Positions 44,701 through 56,666 of a DNA stretch of 64,000 bases are shown one piece after another. How positions within the stretch are numbered: the first letter of the stretch is position 1; each line of letters opens with the position of its first letter. The notes beneath the pieces are model-generated. The model did no database searches, had not been told where the DNA came from, and was given only the letters and a program-made list of their open reading frames with translations. The position numbers and the translations under genes are program-made. Source of the stretch: Hyphochytrium catenoides (Eukaryota > Protista > Hyphochytriomycota); NCBI GenBank assembly GCA_900088475.1, contig FLMG01001010.1, forward strand, positions 1 to 64,000. The letters run 5' to 3'.

Positions 44701-45768
44701 TGCGGCAGCATTGTTGGCCGCAGCCCACTAAAAAAGATCCAATGACATGATGGCCGGAATGGATAGAAGTCAATGCAACAGACCGCCTCATCTGTCCTTT
44801 CAATGTCCCTATAAAAGATCTGCTTGGTGGGCCCCTGCAAGCCAAAATTCTCAACGGTGGTAGAAACTTGATGATGAAGACGACCATTAGCGCCCTTCTA
44901 ATGCCTTCTCATCAGAAGAAGGTGCCGCCACCACTTACATCGCCCTCACAACATCAAGATCAATGGATAGGGCTGCTCGCTGGTGCCGCGGCCAGAGAAA
45001 GCGGTAGGTTGTGCCGCTGCAGATACAGGACAATTTAGAAAAAGGAACATATCCATCATTTGGCACTCTTCTTCGTAGAAAGGTCGAACCTGTCGTTCTT
45101 ATTTAGAAGAAGGAGGAGGTGGTGGTGGTCAAAGCTGCGAGGCGTAGATCTAAGCATTTGTTCACTCAGGAATGGCAAGTTGCTTTGAAGGGACGAGGTT
45201 GTAGCAAATGCCTCTCATACAGACTGAACCGCTTTATACAGCAGGCTGCTATTTTAACAGCTGGCGGTGGAGCAGGTGAGTGCAGCAGCGCACCGTGATA
45301 AGAAAAGGCAGCTTGGTGTACGGGCTTGTTAAGTCTCTTCCAGGGAAACGGTGTTAATGGTGTGCGAAGGCAATAATAACCTCTAGATAGAGAAGCTACA
45401 ATATTGAATGTGAGAGGGCTTCGGAACGTTAGAAAGCGCATCTTTATCTGGTTTTACTGGTAGCCCATGGTCACCTGATGCCGAAGGATGGCTACAAAGG
45501 CCAGCAGAATGAGGAGACTGATCCCCTTGCAACGGGACGATCCTTAGGAAGAGATGCAAAGCTTCTTAAGATGGCTGTGTGTGTTCCTGCTCAAAGTATG
45601 TTAACATCCACGAACGACCATGTAAAAGTGAAGCTTCCCTAGTTTCCTCAGCCTAGACAACCTCGATAATTGTTCTCACTTTTAAACTTCCTGTGTGTCG
45701 AGCAAGTGCGTGCTGGAAGCCTCAACACCGTGGCAAGACTGCTCAAAAGCCGCTGTTTAACTGAGAGC

Positions 45769-46725
45769 ATGTTGAGACAAATCCCCCTTCTCGTATACGT
45801 GGCGGCTACAGCCATAGGAGTGCTACAAACACTTGTTCAGAGGGCGGCGGCAGACTCATGCACAACTCCAGAGCAGGACGTCGACTTCTTTGGTAGCGAT
45901 ATTGCCAACTCGCTGGGAAGACCTGAAGACTGTTGCGGCAGGTGCCTCAGCAACCCAAACTGCGCGGCTTTTACCTGGAGCGACTGGGCGGGGAGCACTT
46001 GCTGGCTCAAGTCTAGCACTGGCACACGAACGTCGTCTAAGGGCAGAATATCTGCAGTTGTCGTCCCGAATACAAACTGCGGGCAGACATTTACGAACAC
46101 GGACTTCTATGGAGACGATCTTCCGAACGGGGCTGTATCTGGGCAGTACAAGAGCTGCTGCGGTGCGTGTAAGGCTCGCTCCGGCTGCGTGGCATGGACA
46201 TGGATAGATTATCTTGGAGGGACCTGCTTTTTAAAGCGTGGGACTGGGAACAGAATGACCAGACCTGGGGCGATCTCTGGTCTGCTATCGCCGCCACCAG
46301 ATTGTACCCGGGTGCCAAACATTGACTTCTTCGGCAGTGATATTCGAAACTTCAGAGGTTCACTTGACAATTGTTGCCCGGAATGCGTGGCAGACTCACG
46401 GTGTCGCGCATGGACCTGGAACAGCTACCTGGGTGGCACCTGCTGGTTGAAGTCATCTCAGGGTACACCCACAAATGCTCCTGGAACGACCTCTGGATTT
46501 GTCAACAATCGCTGCCAGACTGAAACCTATCCAGACAAGGACATAACGGATTCCGACATTGGAAACGTCAAGGGTACCCAGGAGAGCTGCTGCGACCAGT
46601 GTAAAGCTAGGGCGGGATGCCAAGGATGGGCGTGGAATAACTTCGAGGGTGGCACTTGCTGGCTCAAGAGTGCCAGCGCCCCTGTGATCAATAAGCCTGG
46701 TGTTACAGCTGGGAAGATGAAGTGA
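45769..46725 (+). CDS. Secreted protein with 4 PAN/apple domains (CBEL-like lectin-type repeats); intronless
   Basis: Signal peptide MLRQIPLLVYVAATAIG..., then four repeats of C..D.D(F/Y).G.D....CC..C.....C.A(F/W)TW....GGTCWLKS. Confidence 0.88.
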   Translation: MLRQIPLLVYVAATAIGVLQTLVQRAAADSCTTPEQDVDFFGSDIANSLGRPEDCCGRCLSNPNCAAFTWSDWAGSTCWLKSSTGTRTSSKGRISAVVVPNTNCGQTFTNTDFYGDDLPNGAVSGQYKSCCGACKARSGCVAWTWIDYLGGTCFLKRGTGNRMTRPGAISGLLSPPPDCTRVPNIDFFGSDIRNFRGSLDNCCPECVADSRCRAWTWNSYLGGTCWLKSSQGTPTNAPGTTSGFVNNRCQTETYPDKDITDSDIGNVKGTQESCCDQCKARAGCQGWAWNNFEGGTCWLKSASAPVINKPGVTAGKMK

Positions 46726-47329
46726 GCGACATGTCCGACCAGCGACATTTGAGGAACCGTACAGATGGATACTAGACACTCGTTGAACAGCTTCTTCCTC
46801 GCAGAGTTGAGAAGTTGTTAGCTCGGCTACTCAACTGCAGCCACTACTTATATGTTTAGCCATAGCGTAGAAACTTAGTATTCAAAGTAATGCAGTACAT
46901 GAGGAGCTAGCATCATGATGAATGGCCCTGCACTAACTCTATTAAGCGCCGGCGATACTTCCAATCCAAATGACTTTCAGCAGCACCAGCAGCTAGCTAA
47001 AGTAGATCTCTTTATTCGCGATGACATCTGTGGACTATCAAGGTCCTTTGACTGTCTGGCGGCAAACCAAAGGTTGCTCGCGGCGGCTGCACTACTACTA
47101 CAAAGTTGATGAAGAAGGAAGACAACGGCCTGCTGATCATTGCCTTGAAGACCATCGTACGGTGATGGTGGCAGAGATTCCTGTGGCATGCAGAGAAGAG
47201 AGACGGAAGAGAGAGAAGAGAGAAAAGAAGTAAAAAAAGATTTGAGGAAGAGAGAGAGATAGTGATGGGTGTAGGCCATAGCTGCACAGCAGCCTAAGTG
47301 ATAGGTTCCCCGATGGAGAGTGAAAATGA

Positions 47330-47521
47330 AGGAGAGAACATGACGCGAACAAAGAGAAAAAAGATAAGAGTGGTGAGGGAGACAGAGCGACAAAAAGAGA
47401 GAACCGGAGAGAGACAGAGAAAGGCAGAGAGAGGGAGGGGGGAGAGAGAGACACACACAGAGAGAGAGAGAGAAAGAGAAAGAGAGAGAGAAAGAGGGGT
47501 CTCTAGAGAGAGAGAGAGGAG
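47330..47521. repeat. (AG)n-rich microsatellite/low-complexity tract
   Basis: Imperfect AG/GA run. Confidence 0.9.
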
Positions 47522-49517
47522 GCACGCGTCCCTGTCCTTCCTTCTATCTCCAGATGTGAGCTTTAGGGGGTCTCACTGTACTGTTTTATGCCCACAATGA
47601 CCCATCCACCCTCCACTGCCCTTGCTAATTATTGTTTCAAATTCTTAGCCATAAATCGGATGGGTGGGCGCAAGTGCTCTGTACTACAAAAAATTTGTGC
47701 AGGTCCCTCTACCTGTTCCTACCCATCCTATGCCAAATGCTGTGAGATAGTGTGGTAGTTTTGTGTATGTCGGGTGGGTGGGAGCCCAAGGGCGGGGAGA
47801 GAGGCCTCCTCCTCTGTTGGTTTCGTTCTGCCTCCTCCTCTTCTTTATCTCTTCCTCCTACCTCCTCTGTTGATGAGAAGACCACGACAGAAGCAGCGGA
47901 GAGACGACAGACAGCCAGGGAGGAGAGAGGGAAAGAGAGGAGAGAGAGAGAGAGGGTTGACCAGCCCGACGGTAGCGTGGTCGCTACTACTATACTACTA
48001 CGGCCTGCAATAAAATGCTTGTCGTCGTCGTGGTGGACTTGCTCCTGGTCCTTCTCCTTCTGCTGCCGCTGCTGCTGCGGCGGCGTATGAGACCATTACT
48101 CTGGTGGCCGTCTGTGGCCTACTGGTGGTGAGGAGGAGGAAGACGGCTAGCAATAAACATGATTCAACGAACAAGGGCCAACCTTGCCGACAACAAGAAG
48201 GAAGATGAGATGATGGCCGGAAAGAGGAGCCTAGGGGCCACTTGCACTAAAACCAGGGCCATCACCCAGTGCAGCGGCTTTCTACTAGCAGCGGCGGTCT
48301 ACTAGGTGAGGTCGGGGAAGCAGCATGATGAATCATAGTTACTTTGTGCGCAAGCATCGTTTGAGACCACAACAGCTGATGAGGCCACCATTCAACTATC
48401 CTGCTTCTTCTTTTTCTCTAGTAGTAGAAAAATTCACAATGTCTCCTGAAGTAGTGGCGCATCGAAGACTGACTGACTTCGCCTTCAGGGGTCAGCTAAG
48501 CCCTTTATTACTATAGAAGTTATCCAGGGATAACATCACGCACAGTTAGATCATGACTAGTCTTTCATTATAGACCTGCTTTGATATCACTACTGACAGC
48601 TTTATTTCCGCTTGGACTGGTGATCGGCCATACTTCTCACTCTTCTTCTCCTCGTCTTCGATAAGTGTTCAGAGATATAAATGAGAGCGATTAGCAAACT
48701 GAACTTCTTGGCATTGTGAGTTTTCAGAAGGACAATCATTCTTAGGGCAGGTTGAGCTTCTTTTGTCAAGAAGAAGGAAGCCGTACAAACAAACTTCGTT
48801 TTTTTTTTCTGTTCTCTTATTATCTCTTTCCACTTCATATTGGTGCCCATTGATGAGTAGGCTTCTGGCTCCTATCCATTAGTAAGTAAGTGCTCAATGT
48901 AATAACCAATAATCTTCACGACTCTCTTAGCTTGCACCCAGTTCTTTCTCCTGTTAACTCCTTGTTGGCCCAAATCACTGCGGTGTAGCCTTATTACATT
49001 AGGTCCGCCGCCGTACGCCACGACAGGAAGGTGCGAGTCCGCGGGGGAGAGACCAGGTTCTCTGCAGGATAGACTGTCGATCACGGATTCCATCGCACTT
49101 CTTCTTGTTGAGTCAACGTTGCTGCCTCTATGTCCTACTACTACTATAGGTGGTCATCACTAGCTACAGCGCTACACTATGATGCACGAAAGCTTGAATA
49201 AACGAATTGCAGCAGGAGACATCTCATTCATTACCATTATTATATAACTAGGTGACCGATGAAGGCTGGCTGAGTATTTCTTGCTTTACTTCTCCCTTAC
49301 CTCTTTATAAGTGGGTCTGCCTTGTGAGCCACTGCCTGACGGACGACGTGAGATGCTCCTTTAGTCACTAGCAGCTACATCACAGGAGTGTCCGCCGGAA
49401 TTGATCATTCTTTAAAGTTCACTGCCACTGACAGGTGCGGCGTTATGGACACCAAGGTGGGAGTCCCAACTTCAAGTAGGAACCCTCATCAATACCTAAC
49501 GTGGCATCAGCAACACA

Positions 49518-50339
49518 ATGATGATGCTCCGCCGGGCTACCTCTAGTCCTTTGTTTCTCTCATTTTTGGCTATGGCCATAGGGGCACTTTGTCCGCACAA
49601 GACGATTATTGCAGCAGAAGATGGCAACACTGCAGAAGTGGCCGCTCCAGACAGGAGGAGCGAGTATTGCGGTCACCCACTCAAGGACATTGACCTCTAT
49701 GGTGATGACATCGGCTCCGTCCGTGGGCAGTATGACGACTGCTGTGAAGCATGTAAGAAGCTGGCTGAGTGCCAGGCATGGACCTGGATAGACTACCAGA
49801 CAGGCACCTGTTTCCTTAAGAAAGGACCCGGAACCAAGGTCAAAAGAGAAGGGACAGTCTCTGGTTCAATGTTTGGATTGCCTATAGACGGGCTGTGCAT
49901 CATCAAGCATGACATTAAGTATTTGGGCAAACCTCTGGCGGAGATTGGGGCAGCAAACCCTGATGAATGCTGCACTGAGTGCCTTAAACACCCGGAATGC
50001 CTGGCATATTACTGGACAAAAAATGCTGGTGGCACCTGCTGGATGCAGGCATCGCCCCTCCAGCCAAGATGGGACCCAGGCAGATGGTCAGGATTGGTGG
50101 AAGACCGCTGCGAGAGCGATGCGACATATCCTGACACGGATATATTGAACTCTGACATTGGTAACCAGCCAGGAAGGCTGGAGGATTGCTGCAAATACTG
50201 CAGAAAGACGCAGGGCTGCGTGGCCTGGGCGTGGAATACCCACGAAGAGGGCACATGCTGGCTGAAGAATGCCAGAGAGCCCATGATCAAGAAGACCGGA
50301 GTGACTGCGGGCACCCTGAGACGATGGGTCTGGTACTGA
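49518..50339 (+). CDS. Secreted protein with 3 PAN/apple domains; intronless
   Basis: Hydrophobic N-terminus (LFLSFLAMAIGALC) and three CC..C...C.AW.W...GTC(W/F) repeats; paralogue of the genes at 45769 and 54015. Confidence 0.86.
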   Translation: MMMLRRATSSPLFLSFLAMAIGALCPHKTIIAAEDGNTAEVAAPDRRSEYCGHPLKDIDLYGDDIGSVRGQYDDCCEACKKLAECQAWTWIDYQTGTCFLKKGPGTKVKREGTVSGSMFGLPIDGLCIIKHDIKYLGKPLAEIGAANPDECCTECLKHPECLAYYWTKNAGGTCWMQASPLQPRWDPGRWSGLVEDRCESDATYPDTDILNSDIGNQPGRLEDCCKYCRKTQGCVAWAWNTHEEGTCWLKNAREPMIKKTGVTAGTLRRWVWY

Positions 50340-52392
50340 TGAGGTGTGCACCACCAGGATTAAAGAATGCTTTTCTCAGCCTACTCTTGATTGTGCTCAA
50401 GGGTCTATCAAGTCTTATGTCTGTGCCTCTTCTTAGTTTTGGCCGATGAGAGGGGAAGATGACAAGCACTAACAGGAACAGTGACTTCGGTAATAGGAGA
50501 AGAAAAGATTACATATTCATCCTTATGAAGAGAGATCAAGTTTATGAAAGCTCCTTTAGCTATATGGCTCCTCTGCCTTGTCCATCTCTAACAGACGATG
50601 AGAGGCAACCCATCGCATCAAAGTCTGATGAATGGGCGACAAATACGACAATGCTCTATTCGACATGGGTCAAGCAATCAATCGAAGCTTCTTAAAGATG
50701 GAGAGCCATTCACCATAGCCCAGTAGGCCTGTACAGTCCATCATGAAGTTGGTTGGTGGCCGCTCCTTGTCAGGATGAACTGATTTTTATAAGTAGGAAA
50801 GGATGAGCTGTCCATCGTCCATGGTTGATCCTGATGATTTCTAGAAGAACAATTCTCTATTCCAAGCAAGATACGCGAACGTGCATGGCGAGAGAGAAGG
50901 AGCTGCATAGAGGAAGGCAGGGTGCTCCTGCTGCCATCGTAGCATCTAAGATAGCGGGCCATGGGCCGCAGGCTCGGCAGCTTCATCATCTGAGAATATC
51001 AGTGCTGCTCCTGAACGTGGTCTTGGGCCATCAGCAGTGAGAGGGTTTACGACGTAGATAATCAAAGTAGTGCTAGCCCCTTAATAAACTGAGTCCGACG
51101 ATGCAGTTGCGATGCTGGCCTCCGGGTTACAAAGTCAGGTACTACTACCTACTATTGGCGTACCAACTCTGATTGCCATTATTTGCTCGCTGCTGCGATG
51201 GGAACAAGAGGAGCCGATTGAGGACCAGCAGCAGCCTCCTTTCTCTTCTCCAAGCGCGCAAACTTCTGGTTGAAATAAAAAATGAATGTGTTATTTCATG
51301 ATCCTCCTCTTTGAGCGCCCTCTTCGGTAGCGAATCATCACAATGACAGTAGGCCACCCGCCCGTTGAAGAACATTAGTTACGAGGCAGCAGCCACGAGT
51401 CGAGAGCAGTCTTCGAGAATGCAAAAGCTGACAGTGGTGGTGGTGGTGCGAACAATGAGCCATGAAGCATAGATACTACGAAGCTTCTGTTCTGGCTGCT
51501 CTTCAATAATCTGATGATGATTGTCAGCTCGCTTCCCAAAGATCACAACGCTCTCATCATAGAAAGGAACTCTACTTTTAGCCACCATAAAGAATCCATG
51601 GCTGGCCAGAACTTCAAGAAGAGCACGCAGCAGCTGCTACCAAGTGCAGAGAAAATCATCAGCGCATGACCTGTCTGTCTACACTGCTGCTCCCTCCCTA
51701 TCCTTCTCTCCTCTTCTTTTGTCGTCCTGATGAAGAGCCATCGTATTGGGCGGGGACACCCTGCAACCAAAAAACTGCTTCTTCGCCCTTCCTCTTGTTC
51801 CGCGCCTCAATCTTCGAATCCACAATCTTTGAATCCACCAATCCGCAGCTTTCCTCTTTATTCGCGCGTCTTCAAGTCTTCGCCCTCGCGCCTGTCGCAG
51901 CTCCCAGGCCCTTCTTCTTCTTCCTCTTTCCCTGCTCCTCCTCGTCGCTCTTCGATCTTAGCAGCATGCAGCAGATCACTCAGTCATCATCAGGTCATCA
52001 AGCTCCTCCCCTTGCCGCCTAATAATAAGACTGGCGTTTCCATCATAACGGCGTTCTTATGAAGGGCTTGGCCTTGTGATAAATCTTGGAGCCTCACTCA
52101 TCCTTGTGAAAGGCCGTTTGATGTGGTAAGGTGGGTGGGGAGAGAGGGGAGATATTAACTATGAGGCCTAACTACCTTTCAACGGGTAGGACCCATCCGT
52201 CCTCATGTGCCTAAACTCGGGAAGAAGGGGTATATATGGCTATAACTTTCGGCAATTGATGTCGTGACTCTAGTCGTGTCCTTGGTCAGCCTTTTATCGA
52301 TTGGCAACTTTTGGGAAGAGGTTCATACTTTCGGTTGCCGGACACAGAAGCGTTACTTGGTGTCAAAGACACTGTCCTTTTGTAACCTTGTT

Positions 52393-52600
52393 TCTGTCTC
52401 TTTTGTTCTCTGTCTCACTCTCTCTCTCTCTTTTCTTCCATCCTTCTCTGTCTCTTTCTATCTCTTCCTCACTTACCTCTCTCCTCCTAGTGTGTCTCTT
52501 CCTCTCTCCGTCCTCCTCCTCTTTCTCCGTCTCTCTTTCTCTTTCTTTTATCCCTCTTTCTCCCGTCACTCCACTATCTCTCTCTCTCTCTGTTTCCCTT
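52393..52600. repeat. (CT)n-rich microsatellite/low-complexity tract
   Basis: Imperfect CT run. Confidence 0.88.
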
Positions 52601-54014
52601 CTAAGCCTCTGTCTTGCCGTGCACTTGCTGTGGCTGTTCGAAGGAGCTCTCGAAGGCTGCTCAAACAGATGAACGACGGCTCTCGCGCCTCAGCCTTGGA
52701 CCTGTCCAAACTGCAGAAGAGAGATGAGAAGAGACGAAGACAGAGAACGTGGTGCCGTTCAACCCCAATCATCACAAGGGAAGGACGGACGGGACGAGGC
52801 GCGGATGACGCGTGAGAGCCATGGGATCTATTTGTATGTCGGTGACTAGATAGCGTGCGTAATGAGAAGATCAAGGAGAGATGGAAGTAAGCGAAGCGGC
52901 GCTGAAGAAGAATGTGCAATCTGCGAGCAAATTTTAGGGTGCGGGGATACTTGCTGGCTGGCTGCGCAGGAACAGAGGGCGAGCTGAGTGCATCTATTAA
53001 TATGTGTGTGTGTGTGAGAGAGAGAGAAGAGTGAGAGAGAGAAGGGAGGAGAGGACAGATGACTGAGGAAACCAGCTCCTAAATTTTCATCTCATAGAGC
53101 ACCCTATCTTTACTCCTTCGTCCAGTGCTGCGTTCACTGCATTCCTTGTCCTTTGTTTCTCAGGGTCTGGGGCTCATGCCATGCTAGTGTGCAAGGCAGG
53201 GCCACACCATTCTGCGCTTCGCGCTTCTACAACCATCCATCTAGGACTCTCTGTTGAGGGCAATGTTGCGACGTGTGAAGAGGGCATACAATGGCAAATA
53301 GTTAGATGCAGCGCTGCTCGGCTCTCCCTTCTTTCCCTCCAACCCTACAGCTCTCTTTGTCCCCAGGGGACAGCTGACGTCCGCTAGCGCCGAAGAAAGG
53401 ATCGTCTTTATCATGTTTAGCTAAATAATGAAAGATAAACTATCATCCCTCTCTTTCCTCCCTCCTATCGTCCTACGCTGCTGCTGTGTCCCATAAGAGC
53501 ACATTCGACGGGGAATTTTCGTATCCGTTGGCGCTACACCTTTGTTCCGCCTGAAAAAACCTCAGAAGTTTGGGGAGAGAGCTTGTGAATAGCGCTGAGC
53601 ACATGGCAACCTCGCTGTTCCTTGGAGCGTTGCTAATGAACCTTGAGCAGCTCAGAGGACCGCCCCAGTGTCATAGTCAGGGCATATGATGATCCACCTT
53701 TCTTTCTTGGTCTCTGTTACTATATTTGGTCGTGGGCGAGCACATATAATGAAGAGCTGAGTCGAAGGAGGAGGGGTAAGCAAGAGGGAGAAGGCAGAGA
53801 GAGACGCTGCTAGTTGAGAGGCTAGAAGCCACGCACGACAGCATGGATCAGGGCGTCAGATCGCTCTCCATCACTCAGCTCATTATCAAACTTTCAACGT
53901 GGAGCACAATTTCCAAGAGCAAACAAAAAGAGCAGAAGAGAAGACGACAGGAACAACAGATCCTGTCCTCTAAAGTGACATCCCCTTCCCAACAAGGCAG
54001 TCAAAGTGTCCATC

Positions 54015-55157
54015 ATGAGACAGCTTACCCTTCTCTTACTGCTGGTGGCTGGCAGTGCCTTCGTGGCCAAAGCCGATAACTATTGCACTGAGCCAGAGAA
54101 GGACGTCGACTACTTCGGCGGTGACCTCAGCAATGCACCTGGGAAAGACGCCAAAGCTTGCTGCGACCTTTGTCTGAAAACCAAGGGCTGCGCAGTCTAC
54201 ACCTGGAGTGACTACCAGGGCGGAACGTGCTGGCTCAAGTCCAACACGGGCACGAGAACTGTATCGAAGGGCAGAATCTCTGCCGTCGTGGCGACCAATG
54301 CCGAGTGTGGCAAGACCTTCCCAAACACCGACTTCTACGGCGATGATATTGGCAATGCTGCTGGCCAGTACAAGGACTGCTGTGCTGCATGCAAAAAGCT
54401 GGACGGCTGCAAGGCCTGGACGTGGGTAGACTACCGAGGTGGAACCTGTTTCCTGAAGAAAGGAACGGGCAACAAAGTGCCTAAGGATGGCGCTGTCTCT
54501 GGTCTTCTGGATGACGTTCCGCAGGAGTGCGTCATTGAGAAGGACTATGACTACTACGGCAGCGACCTAAAGAATGTGAAGGCTAAGGCCTTCGGGGAAT
54601 GCTGCAATCACTGTCATGCCACTCCGAACTGCAAAGCATGGACCTGGAGCGACTATGAGGGTGGCATGTGCTGGCTGAAAACATCACAAGGCGCTCGTAT
54701 GAAGGCACCAGGCAAAGTGTCTGGCTACCCAAAGGGTATCCCTGAGCCTCAGTGCGAGCTCTGGGACGGTATGGACATTATCGATCATGACATTGGGAAC
54801 AAGATGGCCAAAAAGGAAGAATGCTGCGACCTGTGCAAGGGCTTCAAAGGCTGTGTGGCCTTTGCTTGGAATGACTATCAAGGCGGCACGTGCTGGTTCA
54901 AGAGTGCAGTCGGGACCAAGATTCCAAAAGCTGGCACTGTTGCAGGCAAACTCAAGGGCACTCCTGAGCTGGAAATCTGCAAGGGCAAGTGTCTAAGGGG
55001 TAACTACGGACCAAATGGCTGGGCAGTGGCTCCTAATGCCCCTCCTTGCTGGATCCCCGAGGCCGGAGGCTACTTTAGCTGTTTTGACTATGTGAATGGC
55101 AAGTGCCCATGGTCCCAGGAGACGGACTGCAAGTTTACCAGGAGGCTTAGAGTCTAA
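54015..55157 (+). CDS. Secreted protein with 4 PAN/apple domains plus a C-terminal 6-Cys module; intronless
   Basis: Signal peptide MRQLTLLLLLVAGSAFVAKA, four PAN/apple repeats, then the tail CKGKCLRGNYGPNGWAVAPNAPPCWIPEAGGYFSCFDYVNGKCPWSQETDC. Confidence 0.9.
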   Translation: MRQLTLLLLLVAGSAFVAKADNYCTEPEKDVDYFGGDLSNAPGKDAKACCDLCLKTKGCAVYTWSDYQGGTCWLKSNTGTRTVSKGRISAVVATNAECGKTFPNTDFYGDDIGNAAGQYKDCCAACKKLDGCKAWTWVDYRGGTCFLKKGTGNKVPKDGAVSGLLDDVPQECVIEKDYDYYGSDLKNVKAKAFGECCNHCHATPNCKAWTWSDYEGGMCWLKTSQGARMKAPGKVSGYPKGIPEPQCELWDGMDIIDHDIGNKMAKKEECCDLCKGFKGCVAFAWNDYQGGTCWFKSAVGTKIPKAGTVAGKLKGTPELEICKGKCLRGNYGPNGWAVAPNAPPCWIPEAGGYFSCFDYVNGKCPWSQETDCKFTRRLRV

Positions 55158-55805
55158 GTCTGGCCTGCAGTGGAGCAGGGGCGAGGGGGAAGGAAGCAGA
55201 GGTGGTGGATAGAGACTGCGACTGCGACAACGATGAAGAGGAAGGGATAAGCATAGGAAAATGGAGGACAGGCAAGGGGAAATATGAGAAGAACAAGGTA
55301 AGTAGCTGGCGGGCGGAGACACTGATAGACATAACGTTTGGTCTGTGTGTACATAGGATTGATATTAGACTTTATGGCGCTGACTGGTCACTCTATGATG
55401 TAGATAGTGCTCTGCTCTCCTAGGAAGCAGCTTGTAGACGTAGGTAAATAAAGACAATCAACAGATTTGAATGTCCGCTTTGATAGGTGTCGCACCGTTC
55501 TCCTCCTCTATTCTCTTCCTTCTGGGCCGCCTAAGGTTTGGCCTAACCGTGCCTTCTTGATCTCATGCGTGCTGACCTTCCGCTGTCTGACTACATGGGT
55601 TGGCATTGTAAAGCATACGAGCTACTCTGTCTGTCGTCACCAGAACCCCCACTTGTCGTGTATGGTTTGACACAGAGAGGCGAGGCGTGAGCGAAAGGTT
55701 GGAGAGACGGCGTGAGAGAAGAGAGTGCTCGAGGTTTAGCAAGAAGAGAGAGAGAGATGGAGTGAAAAATGCACTCTTGGAGCTGGTTTCATGGACTTCC
55801 GTCGC

Positions 55806-56666
55806 TCAGACAACAAAAGCAATCTTCAAATCTTCTTTTAATCCCAGAAGAGGCGACTTCACAGTGATGGGAGGAATTGGGCTCTTCACTGTTAGCGATG
55901 GTTCTCTGACTGCTTCTGCTGGCGGCGCGCCGGTGTCAACCCTTAAGTCCGGCTTACGTGAGAGAGAAGTTGTCTCTTGGTAGTACTCAGGCTGTCCACC
56001 GCCGACTGTCCCCACCTCTTCATCCTCCAAGATAGCATTGGCACTCTTCCTATATCTAAGGTAGACCACGATCTGCAGGCTCGCAGCCAGGAAGCCCAGG
56101 ACATTGGGACCCCAGATAAGGACATCTTCTGTCATGAAAGCACCGTAGATAAACCAGCTGATAGCGTTGAACCAACCAGCAATTGACATCGGGAACGGAA
56201 TGGAGCTTGAATCCTTCGTTTTAACAACCTCCACCAGCGTTGCCAGAGGTGACGCGGTGAGGACAACGCCCATGACACAGCCCAAGATACCAATGAAGTT
56301 TGCCGCTACTTCTGCTCTAAAGATTGCGGCACTGAGCACTGCAGCGCCCACTACAGATAAGCCTACTACGTGGTACCATAGCATCTTCTTTGCTGTGTAT
56401 CGATGGAAGATGATAATCCCTAAGAATCCCACTGCTATGCCGCTGAAGTTTGCATACAGAACGGTAGGGTCACGGGTGAGAATCCCATAGAGCGTCCAGA
56501 GAGAGCCGTTGCCATAAGCTCCGATGAAAGGCAAGGGGCTCTTACTCTCAGTGCATTTACGCACGAATATTTCTCTGACAGAGATTAAAGGGCTCAAGTA
56601 GAGGATCTGAAGCAGTAGAGGTGGCAGGACGCGGAAGACATCTGCCCAGATGCCCTCGATGGCCAT
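55806..56666 (-). CDS. SWEET (MtN3/saliva) sugar transporter; intronless
   Basis: Two MtN3 repeats: LYLSPL...I..K.TE..SPLPF....N..LW.LYG and ASPLATL..VVKTKDSSSIPFPMS....NAISW.IYG......IWGPNVLG; about 7 TM segments and a hydrophilic C-tail. Confidence 0.93.
   Translation of the reverse strand: MAIEGIWADVFRVLPPLLLQILYLSPLISVREIFVRKCTESKSPLPFIGAYGNGSLWTLYGILTRDPTVLYANFSGIAVGFLGIIIFHRYTAKKMLWYHVVGLSVVGAAVLSAAIFRAEVAANFIGILGCVMGVVLTASPLATLVEVVKTKDSSSIPFPMSIAGWFNAISWFIYGAFMTEDVLIWGPNVLGFLAASLQIVVYLRYRKSANAILEDEEVGTVGGGQPEYYQETTSLSRKPDLRVDTGAPPAEAVREPSLTVKSPIPPITVKSPLLGLKEDLKIAFVV

Noticed and set aside
41871-45500. Numerous 60-120 aa ORFs between RSPH9 and the first PAN gene
   Set aside because: No recognisable motifs or coherent exon chain; possibly decayed elements, but I cannot support a call.
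51809-51844. 15-bp tandem duplication aatcttcgaatccac/aatctttgaatccac
   Set aside because: Two copies only; ordinary slippage.
45769-55157. Repeated DNA motifs (e.g. acXtgctggctXaag) as a possible array
   Set aside because: They are codons of the repeated PAN-domain TCWLK motif; there is no CRISPR-like repeat-spacer structure.
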